Part shown: positions 61,413-64,000 of the stretch, piece after piece | Numbering within the stretch: the first letter of the stretch is position 1 | Layout: each line of letters opens with the position of its first letter | Virus record (IMG/VR): IMGVR_UViG_3300005259_000041 | Strand: one strand, 5' to 3' | Length of the DNA stretch: 64,000 bases | From: an uncultured virus (IMG/VR IMGVR_UViG_3300005259_000041) | Lineage: Duplodnaviria > Heunggongvirae > Uroviricota > Caudoviricetes | Made by a program: the position numbers and the translations under genes | Notes under the pieces: generated by a model | Told to the model about the DNA's origin: nothing | The model's input: the letters and a program-made list of their open reading frames with translations, nothing else | Database searches by the model: none

Positions 61413-63925
61413 TGTATTGTGCATTTGACGAGGCTGATCTTTTAAGTCGTATTAATGATCCTGATGCCACCATACGTTTAGGTGGCGTGCAGGATGCTAT
61501 CCGGCTCCAAGCCAACACGCCAGCAATTATTGCTGCTATTAAGGGGCGCATTAACGGGCCCACCTCCGAATTTGTTTTGATTTCTGGCTCCATTGGTCAG
61601 GCTATCATCAACTCTTGTATTTGCGCTCTTGGTCGTCTTGGTGATTCCGATATGGTTTCAACTACCGAAGAAGACTATTTGGCAGACCTGATTGACAGCC
61701 CTCCAATTATTAGTCAGTCCAGAAATGCGGAGCCGTCTAGTTTTCAATACGAAGGTTCGGTTGTTGGTAACGCCTATGAAATTGACAGTGAGCTAATGCT
61801 CTTTAAGACTTCCAATTATGATTTCAGTTCTATCGGAGTGGTGGCTGGAGATAAAATTGTTATTAGAGATATCTATGTTGCCGATGACCTTACTGGTGTT
61901 TGGATAGACAGTACCTATGTAGGTGGCAATCTCCTTCTTGACGCGATACCATTAAACACAACTGCCGCAGAAGACGTGGCCACTAAAGATTCTATCATAG
62001 AAACCATGAAAACTTATGATTGGGTGATTTCTGATGTGTCCGATGATGGGTACTATGTGACTGTGGAAAGAAATCCCACCACTCAGCCTTTTAGGGTCAC
62101 TGATTTGTCTGGTGGGGCGTATGTAGATGTCACTGGACATTTTTTCCAGGTTGCTGGCACCCCTACGGACTATGTGGTGTATTTTGCAGCTATTCGTTTG
62201 GATGCGTTTGATTATGCTATTTATGATTCGTTGGGAAATCTGAAATATGAAAGTTATATACCAGATCCCCCAGTGGTAGATGAAGACACGTCTTTATTCC
62301 ACAAGGCCCTGACGAAAGCAATAGTCGCTGACGCCCTAATGGAGCTGTCGTCTAGAAAATATGTTAAACCCAATACAATCTCTAGGACGCTTGACAATTT
62401 ATATGTAGATGCCCTTGCGTCCACCAATCCAGAACTTGAAGTGTCTACCTATGCCACTTCAACTTTAACATTGGCCCACAAGGCTTCGAGAAGATATGAT
62501 GAGGATACGACCAATGCGATTAACGCAGACATTCAAACAAAGTTTTATAGTCCAGGCTCTCCCAGTCTTGGATGTAATACAGATGTTCTAGCTGGAGAAG
62601 ACCCAACCAGCACATGTATCACTTATTTTTCTCCTATTGTGGATATGCGATGCGCAAACATACAGCCCGTGTATGTGAATAGGCCAGTTGTTTTTGCTCC
62701 CACCGTGTTTGATAGTTCTGGCAATTTAGTATTAGATGCTGGGGTGCCAAATTTAAACTATCACGCAATGTCGTATGCATGGGACTTTGGAGACGGAAGC
62801 TATTCATCGGATGCGTCGCCAACCCACACCTATGGGGCAGCTGACATTTATACCGCCATTGTGGTGGTGACAGATTTGGTCTCTGGTATTGCACAGGAGG
62901 CCACATGCAGCATCGAGGTGTTAACGGAATACGTTACTGTTGTGGTTCCGCCACACGTCTTGCCGCTTGAGCCATTTTGTGTCACCGTCACATATCGGTA
63001 TTCTGAAGAGTTAACTATAGAGCCATTCGGGATTTCTGTGGATGGTAATGGGTGTTATGAGGTTACTTTGCCCGAACCGGGCACGGTATGTGGTACGGTT
63101 GGCCCAACCGAATTTTGTGTTACTGCTGTTGAGCCGCTTGCAGTTAATTTGGTTTCCGACGCAGTAAATTGTCCCAATATATCTAAAAGCTTTACTGCAA
63201 CTGTTGCCGGCGGACTAGAGCCATATGAATACACATGGACGGTCGATGGGGTTGTCGTCGGTGATGTGGGAGAGCTGTTAGCGGAAGCCTTTGAAGAGGG
63301 GAATCATACGGTTGGGATAGAGGTTACTGACGCCATGCTGTCGACTATTGCTGGTAGCGTGGATTTTGTTATTTACCCTCGCATAGACGCCTATATTAAT
63401 TATACAATTACTAATATAGCCGAGAACGGTAGGCTGCCTGGATATACTGTAGATTTTGCCCCCTGCGTAACTGCAGCGGGACTGCCTACTCAATATACAT
63501 ATCTTTGGGATTTTGGTGATGCAACGACTGCCTCTGGGGCAGACCAATCTCATACTTACAGCGCCCCAGCCGAATATACTATTTCTTTGCGGGTAGCTGA
63601 CCCAGGCGGCTGCTCCGAAATCCTAGACATTAGCTCTGCCGTGCCGGTGTATGGCGCTCCAGTGATTTTGCTACGCAATATGGAGGAGGATAAGCGACTT
63701 TGCCCACGCAAACTAATTATGGAGGTTTCCATTTCGCGTGGCCTAGCTCCATTTAGTTTAGTTGTTAATATGGGGGATGGTCAAATGTTATATCCAGCCT
63801 CAAAAAACGGTCTTTTTTCATTTGAACATTTTTATAGTTTGGCGGGCACATATACTGTGCACATGGTCGTAACTGACGCACAGACAATTTCGTCTGAATT
63901 AGACGTAGTGGTGAGTGTAGGATGA
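61412..63925 (+). CDS. multi-PKD baseplate-region protein
   Basis: YAWDFGDG..PTHTY and YLWDFGD..SHTY repeats. Confidence 0.75.
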   Translation: MYCAFDEADLLSRINDPDATIRLGGVQDAIRLQANTPAIIAAIKGRINGPTSEFVLISGSIGQAIINSCICALGRLGDSDMVSTTEEDYLADLIDSPPIISQSRNAEPSSFQYEGSVVGNAYEIDSELMLFKTSNYDFSSIGVVAGDKIVIRDIYVADDLTGVWIDSTYVGGNLLLDAIPLNTTAAEDVATKDSIIETMKTYDWVISDVSDDGYYVTVERNPTTQPFRVTDLSGGAYVDVTGHFFQVAGTPTDYVVYFAAIRLDAFDYAIYDSLGNLKYESYIPDPPVVDEDTSLFHKALTKAIVADALMELSSRKYVKPNTISRTLDNLYVDALASTNPELEVSTYATSTLTLAHKASRRYDEDTTNAINADIQTKFYSPGSPSLGCNTDVLAGEDPTSTCITYFSPIVDMRCANIQPVYVNRPVVFAPTVFDSSGNLVLDAGVPNLNYHAMSYAWDFGDGSYSSDASPTHTYGAADIYTAIVVVTDLVSGIAQEATCSIEVLTEYVTVVVPPHVLPLEPFCVTVTYRYSEELTIEPFGISVDGNGCYEVTLPEPGTVCGTVGPTEFCVTAVEPLAVNLVSDAVNCPNISKSFTATVAGGLEPYEYTWTVDGVVVGDVGELLAEAFEEGNHTVGIEVTDAMLSTIAGSVDFVIYPRIDAYINYTITNIAENGRLPGYTVDFAPCVTAAGLPTQYTYLWDFGDATTASGADQSHTYSAPAEYTISLRVADPGGCSEILDISSAVPVYGAPVILLRNMEEDKRLCPRKLIMEVSISRGLAPFSLVVNMGDGQMLYPASKNGLFSFEHFYSLAGTYTVHMVVTDAQTISSELDVVVSVG

Positions 63926-64000
63926 GCTATCAAGCTAGATGTGTCGATTTTGCGTATGGATATAAAATTGTGGCTGTGACTGATGTTGTGGACGACGCAA
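63922..64000 (+). CDS. 5' fragment of next gene (MSYQARCVDFAYG...)
   Basis: ATGA overlap with previous stop; open to the window end. Confidence 0.5.
   Translation, partial: MSYQARCVDFAYGYKIVAVTDVVDDA

Noticed and set aside
1..64000. Alternative genetic code (called genes appear to end in TAA/TGA, not TAG)
   Set aside because: Very long ORFs are intact under code 11 and no suppressor tRNA is seen; the single TAA in the HNH gene is not enough

Overview
This window looks like part of a large (jumbo-type) contractile-tailed phage genome. It uses the standard genetic code, is almost entirely + strand, and contains six N-gaps that break ORFs. 1-3.5 kb is a tRNA array (15 complete CCA-ending tRNA or tRNA-like genes plus one partial), many strongly non-canonical, interspersed with candidate structured RNAs and an HNH endonuclease gene interrupted by one in-frame TAA. 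3.5-6.7 kb is a sigma70-driven AAA+ ATPase plus RNase Y pair. 6.8-64 kb is a virion module: neck-like proteins, very large fibre proteins including a Ser/Thr collagen-like (G-T-S)n fibre, three paralogous tip-like proteins, a TibC-like O-glycosyltransferase followed by a methyltransferase/epimerase/GT polyprotein, a permuted NlpC/P60 enzyme, collar and PKD proteins (one ending in a Hint domain), tail sheath, two tail-tube paralogs, a -1 frameshifted chaperone, two tape-measure-like paralogs (M23 peptidase; lysozyme-like), and baseplate hub and spike. Best candidate novelties: (1) a virion-fibre O-glycosylation system; (2) tRNAs with a systematically re-coded 19:56 elbow pair plus a D-arm-less tRNA-Arg; (3) a TATTAATA late-promoter-like motif, once inside an RBS-sequestering hairpin; (4) a repeated GGGCCTGT...AGACGTCCC RNA motif. 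All protein calls come from reading motifs by eye; no database searches were run.
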